Below are positions 36,101 through 45,734 of a stretch of 64,000 nt of DNA, in pieces. Source of the stretch: Anaerolineales bacterium (GTDB lineage Bacteria > Chloroflexota > Anaerolineae > Anaerolineales > E44-bin32); contig DAOUEK010000077.1 of the NCBI GenBank assembly GCA_034430425.1, forward strand, positions 281 through 64,280, in the 5' to 3' direction. Within the stretch, counting starts at the first letter, position 1. Each line of letters begins with the position of its first letter. A program made the translations under genes and the position numbers. The notes under the pieces are model-generated. The model saw only the letters and a program-made list of their open reading frames with translations, searched no databases and was not told the origin of the DNA.

Positions 36101-38272
36101 TTAGAGAGAATCGATCTTCACAGGTTTGCGCGTACGAAGTGCCTCCACAGCGGCAATCGAACTAAGGCTGACACCGACCAGATGCTCGTACGGAATCGGC
36201 GGCGGACCACTTTCTTCAAGCGCCTTTGTAAACGCTTCCCATTCCTGACGATGGCCCTTATCCTGGCGCAGCCGGGCGCGGTGCACTTTTCGCTTTCCGT
36301 TTTGAATGCGCACTAGCCGCCGGAAATCATCGAGAACGGCCACGCGACCGCCGCCAATGATTTCGACCCGCTCTTTGGGAAAGGCGCGGTCGCCAGCAGC
36401 CAGGTAACTCAGTGTCCCAACTGATCTGTCCGTAAATTCGAGCGTGATAATCACGTTGTCTTCGCGATAACGGGATGCGTCCGGTAAACCCAGCGCAGAG
36501 ACCTGCACAGGTGCAGCGCCGTTGATAAACGTGAGAAAATCGATGAAATGACAGGCTTCCCCGATGATGCGGCCGCCGCCCTGCTGCTCATCATGCAGCC
36601 AATGATCCAGGGGTAGATACCCGGCGTTGACGCGATAGTGCATTGCCAGCGGCTCGTTAACCGCATCGAAGAAAGTCTTCAGACGAACGGCGAAGGGTGA
36701 AAAGCGCCGGTTGAACCCCACGGTCAACATGCGATCGCTTTGTCCCAGCACCTGCATGATCTCGTCCAGTTCGTCCCGCTGCAGGGCCAGCGGTTTCTCG
36801 CAGAAGACATGCTTGCCGGCTTTCAACGCCGCGATCACCTGGGCGGCGTGGAGATGATGCCGCGTGAGTACGGCAACGGTGTTGATGCCTTCGTCGTTGA
36901 GAATCTCGTTTACATCCGTAGTGGCGTAGCGGAAGCCGAAACGCTTTCCAACCTGCGCGCTCTTCAGTCCACTCGCGGTAACCAATCCAACCCGCTCGAC
37001 CCCCTTTACCTTCCGCAAGGCAGGAAAGAGAATCGCCGTGGCGAAATTCCCCGCACCGATCGCTCCCAGTCGAACGCCAGCGGCAGGGGATATCTTGCGA
37101 TGCTCCAGGCCGACCCGTCGATCTTCTTCGGCAAGCTGTTCTTTCTCCTGCGGGTACGTAAGCAGCACAGCCAAAAAGGATTCATTGGTCTTTCCTGTGA
37201 TCAAATCGTACGCTGCGCTGGCGTGTTCGATGTCGAAGCGATGGCTGATCAACGAAGCGACGTCAAAACCACCCCCAGCTAACGTCTCCAAAAAAGCACC
37301 CAGGTTGCGTCCTTCGGTCCAACGTACATACCCGGGTGGATAGTCGATCCCGGCTTCTTCGTACAACGGATCATAGCGTCCCGGTCCATAGGAGCGCGAG
37401 ACGATGAAATGCAGTTCCTTGTGGTAATACGAACGCCGGGGGATGTCCATGCCCACTGCACCGACAGCCACGACTCTCGCCCGATCGCGTGCGATCGCCC
37501 CTGAAAGTTCGACCGGATCGTTGGACAGCGTATCGGCACAGATCAAGACGACATCGCATCCCAGACCGTTGCTGAAGGCTGCAGCCGCCTGTTCGGCGTC
37601 CGCATTTGTGACCGCTGTGGCGCCCAGGTCCTTCGCCCGTTCGACTCGCTCGGGGTCGAGATCGACTCCAAAAACGGAACAGCCTGCGGCGCGGGCGATC
37701 CCTACGGAAAGCAATCCCAACAGCCCCAGTCCAATAACCGCCACACGCTCGCCGAGCTGCGGTTCGGCCAGTCGAAAACCGTGCAGGGCGATAGCGCCCA
37801 GCGTGGCAAAAGCCCCCGCCTCGAAATCTACTTCATCGGGTAAATGCGCGAGTAAGTTTTGAGGCACGACGGCATATTCGGCATGAACCGCATAGCCACC
37901 ACCGGCGCAAGCCACTCGATCCCCCGCGCGGAAACCGTGCAAACCATCTCCCACGGACACAACCGTCCCTGCGGAGGCGTATCCCAGGGGCATGGGCTCA
38001 TCGAGCCGGTTCCGCACCGCCTCGAAAGTCGTCAGCAGCCCTTCACGCCGGACTTTATCCAGGACCTGGCGTACTAAATCGGGCCGTGAGCGGGCCTTGC
38101 CCAGCAAGGATTTCCCGGCGAACTCGACCACGCTTCGTTCGGTCCCTGCAGAGACGAGCGAAGCAGCGGTACGCACCAGGGCCATCCCCGGTCCCGGAAC
38201 GGGCACGGGAACGTCGATCACGCTGGTCTCGCCGGAGCGAACGTCTTGAATGACTTGTTTCATCGAATTCAT
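36101..38272 (-). CDS. bi-domain oxidoreductase: MDR alcohol-dehydrogenase-like N-half plus Gfo/Idh/MocA C-half
   Basis: The N-half has a GroES-like fold plus Rossmann motif VAVIGLGLLG. The C-half has LGAIGAGNFA...EKPLAL (Gfo/Idh/MocA). The MDR zinc-ligand positions are not conserved (SLVSAGTERS). The start may be 38263. Confidence 0.8.
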   Translation of the reverse strand: MNSMKQVIQDVRSGETSVIDVPVPVPGPGMALVRTAASLVSAGTERSVVEFAGKSLLGKARSRPDLVRQVLDKVRREGLLTTFEAVRNRLDEPMPLGYASAGTVVSVGDGLHGFRAGDRVACAGGGYAVHAEYAVVPQNLLAHLPDEVDFEAGAFATLGAIALHGFRLAEPQLGERVAVIGLGLLGLLSVGIARAAGCSVFGVDLDPERVERAKDLGATAVTNADAEQAAAAFSNGLGCDVVLICADTLSNDPVELSGAIARDRARVVAVGAVGMDIPRRSYYHKELHFIVSRSYGPGRYDPLYEEAGIDYPPGYVRWTEGRNLGAFLETLAGGGFDVASLISHRFDIEHASAAYDLITGKTNESFLAVLLTYPQEKEQLAEEDRRVGLEHRKISPAAGVRLGAIGAGNFATAILFPALRKVKGVERVGLVTASGLKSAQVGKRFGFRYATTDVNEILNDEGINTVAVLTRHHLHAAQVIAALKAGKHVFCEKPLALQRDELDEIMQVLGQSDRMLTVGFNRRFSPFAVRLKTFFDAVNEPLAMHYRVNAGYLPLDHWLHDEQQGGGRIIGEACHFIDFLTFINGAAPVQVSALGLPDASRYREDNVIITLEFTDRSVGTLSYLAAGDRAFPKERVEIIGGGRVAVLDDFRRLVRIQNGKRKVHRARLRQDKGHRQEWEAFTKALEESGPPPIPYEHLVGVSLSSIAAVEALRTRKPVKIDSL

Positions 38273-38399
38273 TGAACGGGATTATGCGGCCCATAAAACC
38301 CGTTCGAGCCTCCTAAAATCATCATTTCTCGGGGGATTATAGCATCAGGAAGCAATGTGAGACATCAACGCAGGAACGTCACATCCTGGCAAAAATAAT

Positions 38400-39416
38400 T
38401 CAACGATCAGCTTGTTTGAGTACCCGCAGCGCCCGCAGCGTCACCCATTTGTTCGGCTTTTTCCTGGCACCGAAATCCAGCCAAGTCTTGCCGGTGTAAT
38501 CGTACTCGAGCGCCCAGCGCCCTTGCTCGTCCTGTTTCGCGCGGATGAGATCCAGCGCATTTTCCAAGCGCGGGTCTTCCCTATAACCGAGCAGCGAAAG
38601 GACATCCACAACCTGCAACACATCACTCACATAAAAGACAGGAAATCCAAATTTCCACCAGTTCCCGCTCGGCTTATCCGCATAGCCATGCGGGTATTCC
38701 GCCGAGGCGGGATCGACGCTGAAGAGGAAATCCACCCCGCGCTCGATCGCCTGCTCGATGAACGGCGTCCGCTTTTCCACCGGCAGCTTGGTAAACGCCA
38801 GTATGACTTTTACCGCGCCCCAGGCGCAGGCCAGCTTGTTGTTCGCCCCACAGAGGAAGTCTGGACCACATTTGCCGGCATAATACCGCAGCTCTGCGTT
38901 TTTTTCGCTCTGCGGCGCCACGCCCTCGCCGGTCACGCTGCGCACCATCCACTCGTAGGCTGCATCGAGCCGTTCGTCCTCCCAACCCAGATCGACCAGC
39001 GCGGCGCACATGTTACCCTGCAGGCAATCCACCGTTCCGGAGGGTGGGCCCGTGACCGAAAAACGACCACCGTCGGCAAGCAAGTTTGCCAGCGCGTACT
39101 CACACGCCCGCCCGATGCGATCGTCGATCTCGACGGAGGCGCCCATTTGCGCCAGGGTGATCAACGACCAGACCGTGCCCCGATATTTGGGATAGTAACC
39201 CGTTCCCGGTTCAACCCAGCAGCCATCGGAATGCATTTCGGCAAGCACCGCTGCGATGGGACCGTTCTTGTGTGCCGCTTCACGAGCAGAATTTAACGTC
39301 GCCGAAGCGGACGGCTCGTCCGCCAAATCACGCAGCGCTAGATAACGCACACCAGGCGAATCCGGTTCCAACAACCAGGGGAGCGAATCCCCCTTCAATT
39401 GGTCTTTCCATGTCAT
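38400..39416 (-). CDS. hypothetical protein, possible alpha/alpha-toroid (prenyltransferase/terpene-cyclase-like repeat) fold
   Basis: 338 aa, with periodic aromatic/Gly-rich helical-hairpin repeats (DGCW, DGGRF, QGRW). The family assignment is weak. Confidence 0.4.
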   Translation of the reverse strand: MTWKDQLKGDSLPWLLEPDSPGVRYLALRDLADEPSASATLNSAREAAHKNGPIAAVLAEMHSDGCWVEPGTGYYPKYRGTVWSLITLAQMGASVEIDDRIGRACEYALANLLADGGRFSVTGPPSGTVDCLQGNMCAALVDLGWEDERLDAAYEWMVRSVTGEGVAPQSEKNAELRYYAGKCGPDFLCGANNKLACAWGAVKVILAFTKLPVEKRTPFIEQAIERGVDFLFSVDPASAEYPHGYADKPSGNWWKFGFPVFYVSDVLQVVDVLSLLGYREDPRLENALDLIRAKQDEQGRWALEYDYTGKTWLDFGARKKPNKWVTLRALRVLKQADR

Positions 39417-39487
39417 CCTGTCACCTCAATTAGCGTCTTACACGCCCAGAAACATCGATCTACTTCCTCCTGAAGCAGCCATGCCGC

Positions 39488-40705
39488 TTATGACATAAAG
39501 GATCGGTAAAACTCGACGGCCTTGGTCATAACCTTGTGGTATGATGCACGTTCTTCAATCAAAGTTAGATTGCGATTCGCAGAACGTAAGCGTAGATCCA
39601 CATCATAAAGCGCTCGATTAATGGCATCAGCAAGTGCCAAGGGATCATCCGGCTCGATTAATAACCCATTCTGGCCATCGACGATCCACTCGCGGATCGA
39701 CTCAAGATCGCCCGCCACCGGGAAACAACCACAGGCCATGGCCTCCAAGAGCGTGTTCGGAGTCCCGTCGTGCTCGCTGATCGACACGGTCACCTGCGAG
39801 CGTTGATATATCCTGGCCATTTCTGCACGGGTCAGGTGAGGCAGCAGACACACAGCATGGCCGATGTGCAGACGAGAGACCCATTCTTCAGCCGTCCTCT
39901 CACCTGCCATTGTCGGACAAAGAAATATCGTATCCGGATGTACATCCAATATTCCCGGGATCGACCGGAAGAAAGTATCGTTGCGCACATAACGTCGAAA
40001 GCCGCGTGGATTTACCACCACCGGCGTGTCTGCAGAGATCATCCCGGTTAAATACGATAATGCACCCGACCAATCGTTAACACGCGTCTCTGCAGGATGA
40101 AATTCTTCTCTGTGAATGCCGCCGCTTGCAGGCAAGACAATTGACGGCCGATCTTGCGGGAATCCCCACTCGCAGGCCAGTTCTTGATCCCGCCGACAAT
40201 CCGTCAGCAGGCCATCGATATGAGTGAGTGTCTTGCGTGTGGCGCGGGCCATCAGCGGCGTAGACGGGGCATGCAGGGTGAAATCGTTGCCCCAGATTGT
40301 GAGCAAGAGCGGCACTTTTGGATCGGCCCTCGCGGCGAGCATGCCCTCATAGGGGATGCGCATGGCGTGAATCAGGTCGGGCTCGATCCGATGGATATAA
40401 TCTGCAACTTGTTCCGCAGCCCGTGATAACGTCAACGGTCCGAGCCAGTGACGAACCCATGTACGCAGTCGAATCCAGCGCGCTCCGCGCCAGAATCTTC
40501 GGCGATTGGTTTCAAGCGACATCAATGCCGGATTTCCGGCAAAGCCGCTGAAGGCCACCGGCACGAAATTAAGCGAAGTCAAATCCAGGACCGGATCGCA
40601 TACAAAGGTCGACAGTAAATGCACTTCGTCCTGCGCCTCGACGAAATGCCGCATCCAGGTGAGTGCAGTTGGGCTACGCCCGTCGGCGATAAAGAGCAAA
40701 CGCAT
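39488..40705 (-). CDS. glycosyltransferase (GT-B, GT4/GT1 type)
   Basis: C-terminal E-x7-E region SISEHDGTPNTLLEAMACGCFPVAGD. Confidence 0.8.
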   Translation of the reverse strand: MRLLFIADGRSPTALTWMRHFVEAQDEVHLLSTFVCDPVLDLTSLNFVPVAFSGFAGNPALMSLETNRRRFWRGARWIRLRTWVRHWLGPLTLSRAAEQVADYIHRIEPDLIHAMRIPYEGMLAARADPKVPLLLTIWGNDFTLHAPSTPLMARATRKTLTHIDGLLTDCRRDQELACEWGFPQDRPSIVLPASGGIHREEFHPAETRVNDWSGALSYLTGMISADTPVVVNPRGFRRYVRNDTFFRSIPGILDVHPDTIFLCPTMAGERTAEEWVSRLHIGHAVCLLPHLTRAEMARIYQRSQVTVSISEHDGTPNTLLEAMACGCFPVAGDLESIREWIVDGQNGLLIEPDDPLALADAINRALYDVDLRLRSANRNLTLIEERASYHKVMTKAVEFYRSFMS

Positions 40706-40706
40706 C

Positions 40707-41825
40707 TCAACGCTCCCGGGTGACCATGTTCAGCGCCTGAACGAAAACCGAGGCCATGGTTTCGATATTGAAACGTTCGCGTGCCAGGCGATGCGATTCC
40801 TGCCCCATCGACTGTAAACGCGCAGGATCCGACAACGCCTCCTGCAGCGTTTTCACCAGCGCCTGGATATTGCCAGGCGGCACCAGCCATCCGTTTTGTG
40901 GAGTCGCCAGATCATTCTGCGTGCCGTCTCCTTCGGCCACGATCACCGCTAATCCATGTGCCATAGCCTGCTGTACAGCCAACCCACCCGTGCCGGGCAG
41001 CACGAATAGATCCGCAGCCCGGAAATACTCGTCCAGCGCTTCCTCCTGCTGCGCGCCGACGAATCGCGCCTGCGGATAGATCTCCCGGGCAAACGCTTCC
41101 AAATCGCTTCGAGCCGGTCCGTCCCCGACGATGGTCAAGGCGGGTTTTTTTTCCAGCGATGCACAAGCTTGGAGCAAGTTGTCCACGCGCTTGCGCGCCT
41201 GCAAACGACCGACGAAGAGCACACTGCGTTCCTCCTGCGGTTTCACTTTTCGAGATGCGAAAGGCGGCGGGATTGGGGCGACGGCGTTGGGCGCCACGAA
41301 AACACGATCATCACGAACCCCCAACTTGCGGTATTGGTCAGCCCCCTCCGTACTGTAGGCGATCAGCGCATCGAAGCCGTTAAGAAATCGTTGCCGATAG
41401 GCGATGCGGATTCCCGCGAAAACACCTTTTGGAGCAGGTGCACCCAAACCCCAGCCGATGACCGGTCGGTTTTTTTGCCGCATCCAGCGCAGCGCTGCCC
41501 AGTTGGCGATATAGCGCGGGTTGGCTTCCAGGATCAAGGCCAGCGGATCCCAATCCCCCAGCCATTCCAACAGCTTCTGCTGGTAACAGAAATACAGGGG
41601 GCCACCCAAAATGTGGCGATTTCTCCCCGAATAAAACAAATCCCTTTCCAGCTCACCTGCAGCAAGGATGCCTTCGGTTTGTCGTGGTTCGCCGGCGAAT
41701 ACTCTCAGACCGCCTTCGCAAACCGCGGCCAGCTGCTTGAAGAATGGAAGGCGATAGGCAGGCACAACACGCTGCTGTAGACCCAGGCGGCCTGCATAGG
41801 TGCTCCTCTGCTGATCCCCCATCAC
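40707..41825 (-). CDS. glycosyltransferase family 4
   Basis: LFVGRLQARKRVDNLL...LFVLPGTGGLAVQQAMAHGLAVIV. Starts 1 nt after the next gene's end region, so it is tightly packed. Confidence 0.8.
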   Translation of the reverse strand: MMGDQQRSTYAGRLGLQQRVVPAYRLPFFKQLAAVCEGGLRVFAGEPRQTEGILAAGELERDLFYSGRNRHILGGPLYFCYQQKLLEWLGDWDPLALILEANPRYIANWAALRWMRQKNRPVIGWGLGAPAPKGVFAGIRIAYRQRFLNGFDALIAYSTEGADQYRKLGVRDDRVFVAPNAVAPIPPPFASRKVKPQEERSVLFVGRLQARKRVDNLLQACASLEKKPALTIVGDGPARSDLEAFAREIYPQARFVGAQQEEALDEYFRAADLFVLPGTGGLAVQQAMAHGLAVIVAEGDGTQNDLATPQNGWLVPPGNIQALVKTLQEALSDPARLQSMGQESHRLARERFNIETMASVFVQALNMVTRER

Positions 41826-42859
41826 AACGCTTCCTCGATCGCGGCGAGATATCCATCGATCATCTTGTGCAGGTCAAAGGCTTGCTCCGCCCGCTTGCGA
41901 GCAGCGATACGGAAACGAGCCTGGTTTTCCAGAATCTCCTGCGTGGCGCGCGCCAGTCCGGGGATATCCGCCGGCTCGAGTTTCCAGGGATCGCCGCCAT
42001 AATCCGCCAGGCGGCCGGCATCTCCGCTGACCAACTCGGGCAAAGCCCCCGTAATAAAAGCCGCCACCGGCAAGCCACAAGCCAGGGCTTCGATCACCGC
42101 GTTCGGACAGGCGGGGTGCAAATCCGCAGAAAAGAGTACGTGTGCGGAACGATCGATCTCCGCAATGCGTTCTGCGGGCACCTTGCCCGACCAGATAATC
42201 GGAACTCGCGCACTTTGATTTGCCTGTTTCCGCAGGGAATCCGCCACGCGGCCGACCACCATCAATTCGACAGAGCGCTTCACGCTACCGGAGAGCTGTT
42301 CCACCAGTCCGATGGCGTGTTCCAATCCCATTTCATATCCGCCACCCAGTGTCCCTTCCACGAGCAGGATCCGAAAGCTGTTTTCAGGCAGTGAGCCCGG
42401 CCCCTCAGGTGTATAGTGGTTCAGATCAACGCCATTAAGTACGACGCTGTTGTGGATTTTGGTTGCACCGTAGGTTCGTTCCCACCAAGCGCGCACGAAT
42501 TCGCTTTGATAAACGATGCCGTTCGCCAGGCGGGCACGGATGATGGAGAGCACCCAGTTACCCCACTCAGCACGCAGGAAATGACGGGCACCGGTACGCA
42601 GCTTTCTGTGCAGCCAATTGAATCCGTCCAGCCGCTGGATGATTGGAATTCCCCGTTTTCGAGCGCGCCATAGGCCGGCCAACTGGCGAGTCCCCCCGAT
42701 GACCAACACCGCATCGTAGGGTTCGTCGGTCAGATCAGTGGATATGCCAATGCCTCGAGACTGCAGGCCGGCGATAAATTTTGCACGGAAAGACACCATG
42801 CCGCCCACACCGGACATCCTCGGCAAGATGCAGATTCGTCTGAGCTTGCTCGCTGTCAT
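41822..42859 (-). CDS. glycosyltransferase family 4
   Basis: LFSADLHPACPNAVIEALACGLPVAAF. Start moved to the ATG at 42859, giving an ATGA overlap with the upstream gene. Confidence 0.8.
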   Translation of the reverse strand: MTASKLRRICILPRMSGVGGMVSFRAKFIAGLQSRGIGISTDLTDEPYDAVLVIGGTRQLAGLWRARKRGIPIIQRLDGFNWLHRKLRTGARHFLRAEWGNWVLSIIRARLANGIVYQSEFVRAWWERTYGATKIHNSVVLNGVDLNHYTPEGPGSLPENSFRILLVEGTLGGGYEMGLEHAIGLVEQLSGSVKRSVELMVVGRVADSLRKQANQSARVPIIWSGKVPAERIAEIDRSAHVLFSADLHPACPNAVIEALACGLPVAAFITGALPELVSGDAGRLADYGGDPWKLEPADIPGLARATQEILENQARFRIAARKRAEQAFDLHKMIDGYLAAIEEAL

Positions 42860-43308
42860 TGCATATCTTCCCGCACACCGACACACTTTGCCGGAACACC
42901 GGCCCAGATCTCGCACTCACCCGTCGATTGCAGCAATACGGCATTCGCCGCTACGATCGTGCCCCGCGCCACGCGCAGTTCCCCCGTTTTTCCCAGCACT
43001 TTCGAGCCAGACGCGAGCAGCACATCATCTTCAATGAAGATACGTTCGAAGGCGGAGACATGCGCGGGCAGATGCACATCCGCCCGTCCAAGTGTCACAC
43101 CGGGATAGAGCTTCACTCGACTCCCGATCACCGTGTGCGGGTGCACCACTACACCAAAGCCGCCGTGTTCGAGCAGCAGGTTATCGCCGATCTGAACCGA
43201 GCGTGGAATTTCCACACCCAGCAGTTTCAATAGATAATACGCAAATCGTCCCAGGACAGGTAAACGACGCGTGTAGACGAGTGTGGTATAGAAATCTTTA
43301 TGCGGCAT
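42856..43308 (-). CDS. hexapeptide-repeat O-acetyltransferase (serine acetyltransferase-like)
   Basis: Left-handed beta-helix repeats GFGVVVHPHTVIGSRVKLYPGVTLG...DDVLLASGSKVLG. Confidence 0.8.
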   Translation of the reverse strand: MPHKDFYTTLVYTRRLPVLGRFAYYLLKLLGVEIPRSVQIGDNLLLEHGGFGVVVHPHTVIGSRVKLYPGVTLGRADVHLPAHVSAFERIFIEDDVLLASGSKVLGKTGELRVARGTIVAANAVLLQSTGECEIWAGVPAKCVGVREDMQ

Positions 43309-43336
43309 ACGATATCTACACTTTCATGAATGGCGA

Positions 43337-44458
43337 TCAGCTTGCGTCCAACAACGCCTGCACGATACGCTCCGCAGCATGTCCGTCACCGAATGGATTA
43401 ACCGCGCGAGCCATTCTTGTATAAGCATCCCGATTATCTAACAATCTTTGGGTTTCCGAGACGATGCGGTCCGTGTCAACGCCCACCAGACACGCTGTGC
43501 CGGATGCAATCGCTTCCGGCCTTTCGGTGACCTCTCGCATCACCAACACAGGAGTCCCCAGCGCAGGGGCTTCCTCCTGCAGCCCTCCCGAATCGGTCAG
43601 GACCAGATAAGCATGTTTGATTGCCTGCACCATAGGCAGATATTCCAACGGATCGATGAGCGAAATATTGGGAACATCGCCGAGGATTTCATTTGCCGGT
43701 TCGCGAACGTTTGGATTGAGATGGACCGGGTAGAGCAAATGTACGTCATCTGCATTCTCTTCGGCGATGCGACGCATCGCCGTAAACATCTGGACCAACG
43801 GCTGCCCGAAATTTTCACGTCGGTGTGCGGTGACGAGGATCACACGGCGGTCCCAGGGAATTTGCCTCAACGGACCGCTGTCGAAATCGTACTCACGAGC
43901 AGCGACGCTTTGTAATGCATCGATCACGGGATTGCCCGTGATTACGATCCGCTCAGAAGGCACACCTTCCTGAAGCAGATTGGTGCGGGAGGTCTCCGTG
44001 GGCGCGAAGTGCAAATCCGTGACTGTGCTAACCACACGGCGGTTAATCTCCTCGGGAAACGGCTGCCACTTATCTCCCGTACGCAATCCCGCCTCGACAT
44101 GACCCACACTGGCCCGATAATAATAAGCCAGCAGGGAGGCCGCCATAACGGTTGTGGTATCCCCCTGCAGTATCACCCAATCAGGAGCCACTTCCTGCAT
44201 CACCGACTCTAATCCCGTAAATATCGCCGCGGTCAGCGCGCTGAGCGACTGATCCGGGCGCATTAGATCGAGGTCGTAATCCGGCGCAATCTCGAAAAGG
44301 TCAAGCACCTGATCGAGCATTTCACGATGTTGTGCGGTAACACACACCTTAGAATCGATCGCCGCCTCTTCACGCATGCAGGCGATGACCGGTGCCATTT
44401 TGACTGCTTCCGGTCGTGTACCAAAGATCGAAAGAACGCTCAGCTGCGATTTACCCAT
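43337..44458 (-). CDS. wecB: UDP-N-acetylglucosamine 2-epimerase (non-hydrolysing)
   Basis: LSIFGTRPEAVKMAPV, HVEAGLRT, DSGGLQEEAP. ATG at 44458 with GGAG upstream. 8-nt overlap with wecC. Confidence 0.9.
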   Translation of the reverse strand: MGKSQLSVLSIFGTRPEAVKMAPVIACMREEAAIDSKVCVTAQHREMLDQVLDLFEIAPDYDLDLMRPDQSLSALTAAIFTGLESVMQEVAPDWVILQGDTTTVMAASLLAYYYRASVGHVEAGLRTGDKWQPFPEEINRRVVSTVTDLHFAPTETSRTNLLQEGVPSERIVITGNPVIDALQSVAAREYDFDSGPLRQIPWDRRVILVTAHRRENFGQPLVQMFTAMRRIAEENADDVHLLYPVHLNPNVREPANEILGDVPNISLIDPLEYLPMVQAIKHAYLVLTDSGGLQEEAPALGTPVLVMREVTERPEAIASGTACLVGVDTDRIVSETQRLLDNRDAYTRMARAVNPFGDGHAAERIVQALLDAS

Positions 44459-45734
44459 CCCGAGCTCCAACACCAATCACACGCAGTTTAACTCCGGCCT
44501 GTTCCCACGCAGCACGATCCCAGATGCCTCGGGTATCGACGGCCAACTTGCCTGCCATCAATTCGGCGACAGCTGTTGGGTTTAAGCTGCGGAACATCTC
44601 ATGGTCAACGAGCAAGACGACTATATCGGCGCCTTGCAATGCCGCATCGAGAGATTGGGATGATTCAGCGCCAGCTACTGCAGCGCCTAATAAATAGGGC
44701 TCGTAGGTCACAACTTCCGCACCCGCATCCACCAACAAACGCACGACTTCGATCGCCGGACTCTCGCGCAGGTCATCGACATCCGGCTTGTACGCCAACC
44801 CCAACGCCGCGATCCGTTTGCCCCTCAAGCTGCCAGCGGCCGAGTCGATGATGCCGAGGACGTAGGCGGGCTGCGAGTCGTTAACCAGACGGGCCTGGCG
44901 GATCAACTGCGATTGGTCCGGTGCCGCTTCGACCAGAAACCAGGGGTCCACGCTTATGCAGTGCCCACCCACGCCGGGACCTGGTTTGAGAATCGATATG
45001 CGCGGATGCAGGTTGGCAAAGCGGATTGCTTCCCAGATATCGACGCCAAATTCTTCCGCCTGACGGGCAAACTCGTTGGCGATGGCAATGTTCACATCAC
45101 GGAATGTGTTTTCCATCAACTTGACCATCTCGGCGGTGGTTGCATCCGTGAGGGCAATCTCGCCGCGTACGAAAACACGATAGAGATCACGGCAGGCCTC
45201 CGCAGAAGCCCGATCGATGCCGCCCATTACCCGCGCATTCTCGATCAATTCAGAGAGGATCTTGCCTGGCAAGACCCGTTCCGCAGAATACGCCAGATGG
45301 AAATCCACGCCTGCAGTCAAGCCGGAGTGCTCGAGAATCGGTTTGACCACATCCAGAGTCGTACGCGGCGGCGATGTGGATTCCAACACAACCAGATTTC
45401 CCTTTTTTAGACAGGGAACGATCGATTCGCCAGCTGCGACGACGTAACTCAGGTCTGCAGTTTTATCCTCCTGGATGGGTGTGGGAACGGCGATGATGAA
45501 CGCATCGGCTTCTTCCGGCGCTTCACTCACACGCAGATTCCCCGAGCGGAATGCTGCCTGTACCAGAGTGCGCAGTCCCGGTTCGTGGATGTGCACCTCG
45601 CCATTGTGCAGCACTTCCACCACACGCTTGTTGACATCCACACCGACAACGCGCACGCCATGCGTGGCAAATGTACTCGCCGTAGGCAATCCGATGTAAC
45701 CCAATCCGAGAACGCATATGGTTTCAAAATCCAC
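44451..45734 (-). CDS. wecC: UDP-N-acetyl-D-mannosamine dehydrogenase
   Basis: ICVLGLGYIGLPTA, ESTSPP, GPGVGGHCISVDPWF, DDLRESPA. Start set to the GTG at 45734, 6 nt after GGAGG. Confidence 0.85.
   Translation of the reverse strand: MDFETICVLGLGYIGLPTASTFATHGVRVVGVDVNKRVVEVLHNGEVHIHEPGLRTLVQAAFRSGNLRVSEAPEEADAFIIAVPTPIQEDKTADLSYVVAAGESIVPCLKKGNLVVLESTSPPRTTLDVVKPILEHSGLTAGVDFHLAYSAERVLPGKILSELIENARVMGGIDRASAEACRDLYRVFVRGEIALTDATTAEMVKLMENTFRDVNIAIANEFARQAEEFGVDIWEAIRFANLHPRISILKPGPGVGGHCISVDPWFLVEAAPDQSQLIRQARLVNDSQPAYVLGIIDSAAGSLRGKRIAALGLAYKPDVDDLRESPAIEVVRLLVDAGAEVVTYEPYLLGAAVAGAESSQSLDAALQGADIVVLLVDHEMFRSLNPTAVAELMAGKLAVDTRGIWDRAAWEQAGVKLRVIGVGARDG

Noticed and set aside
38412-39296. 294-aa plus-strand ORF.
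   Set aside because: It is antisense to the 338-aa minus-strand gene, which fits the operon direction. The plus-strand translation is R/H/P-rich with no motifs.
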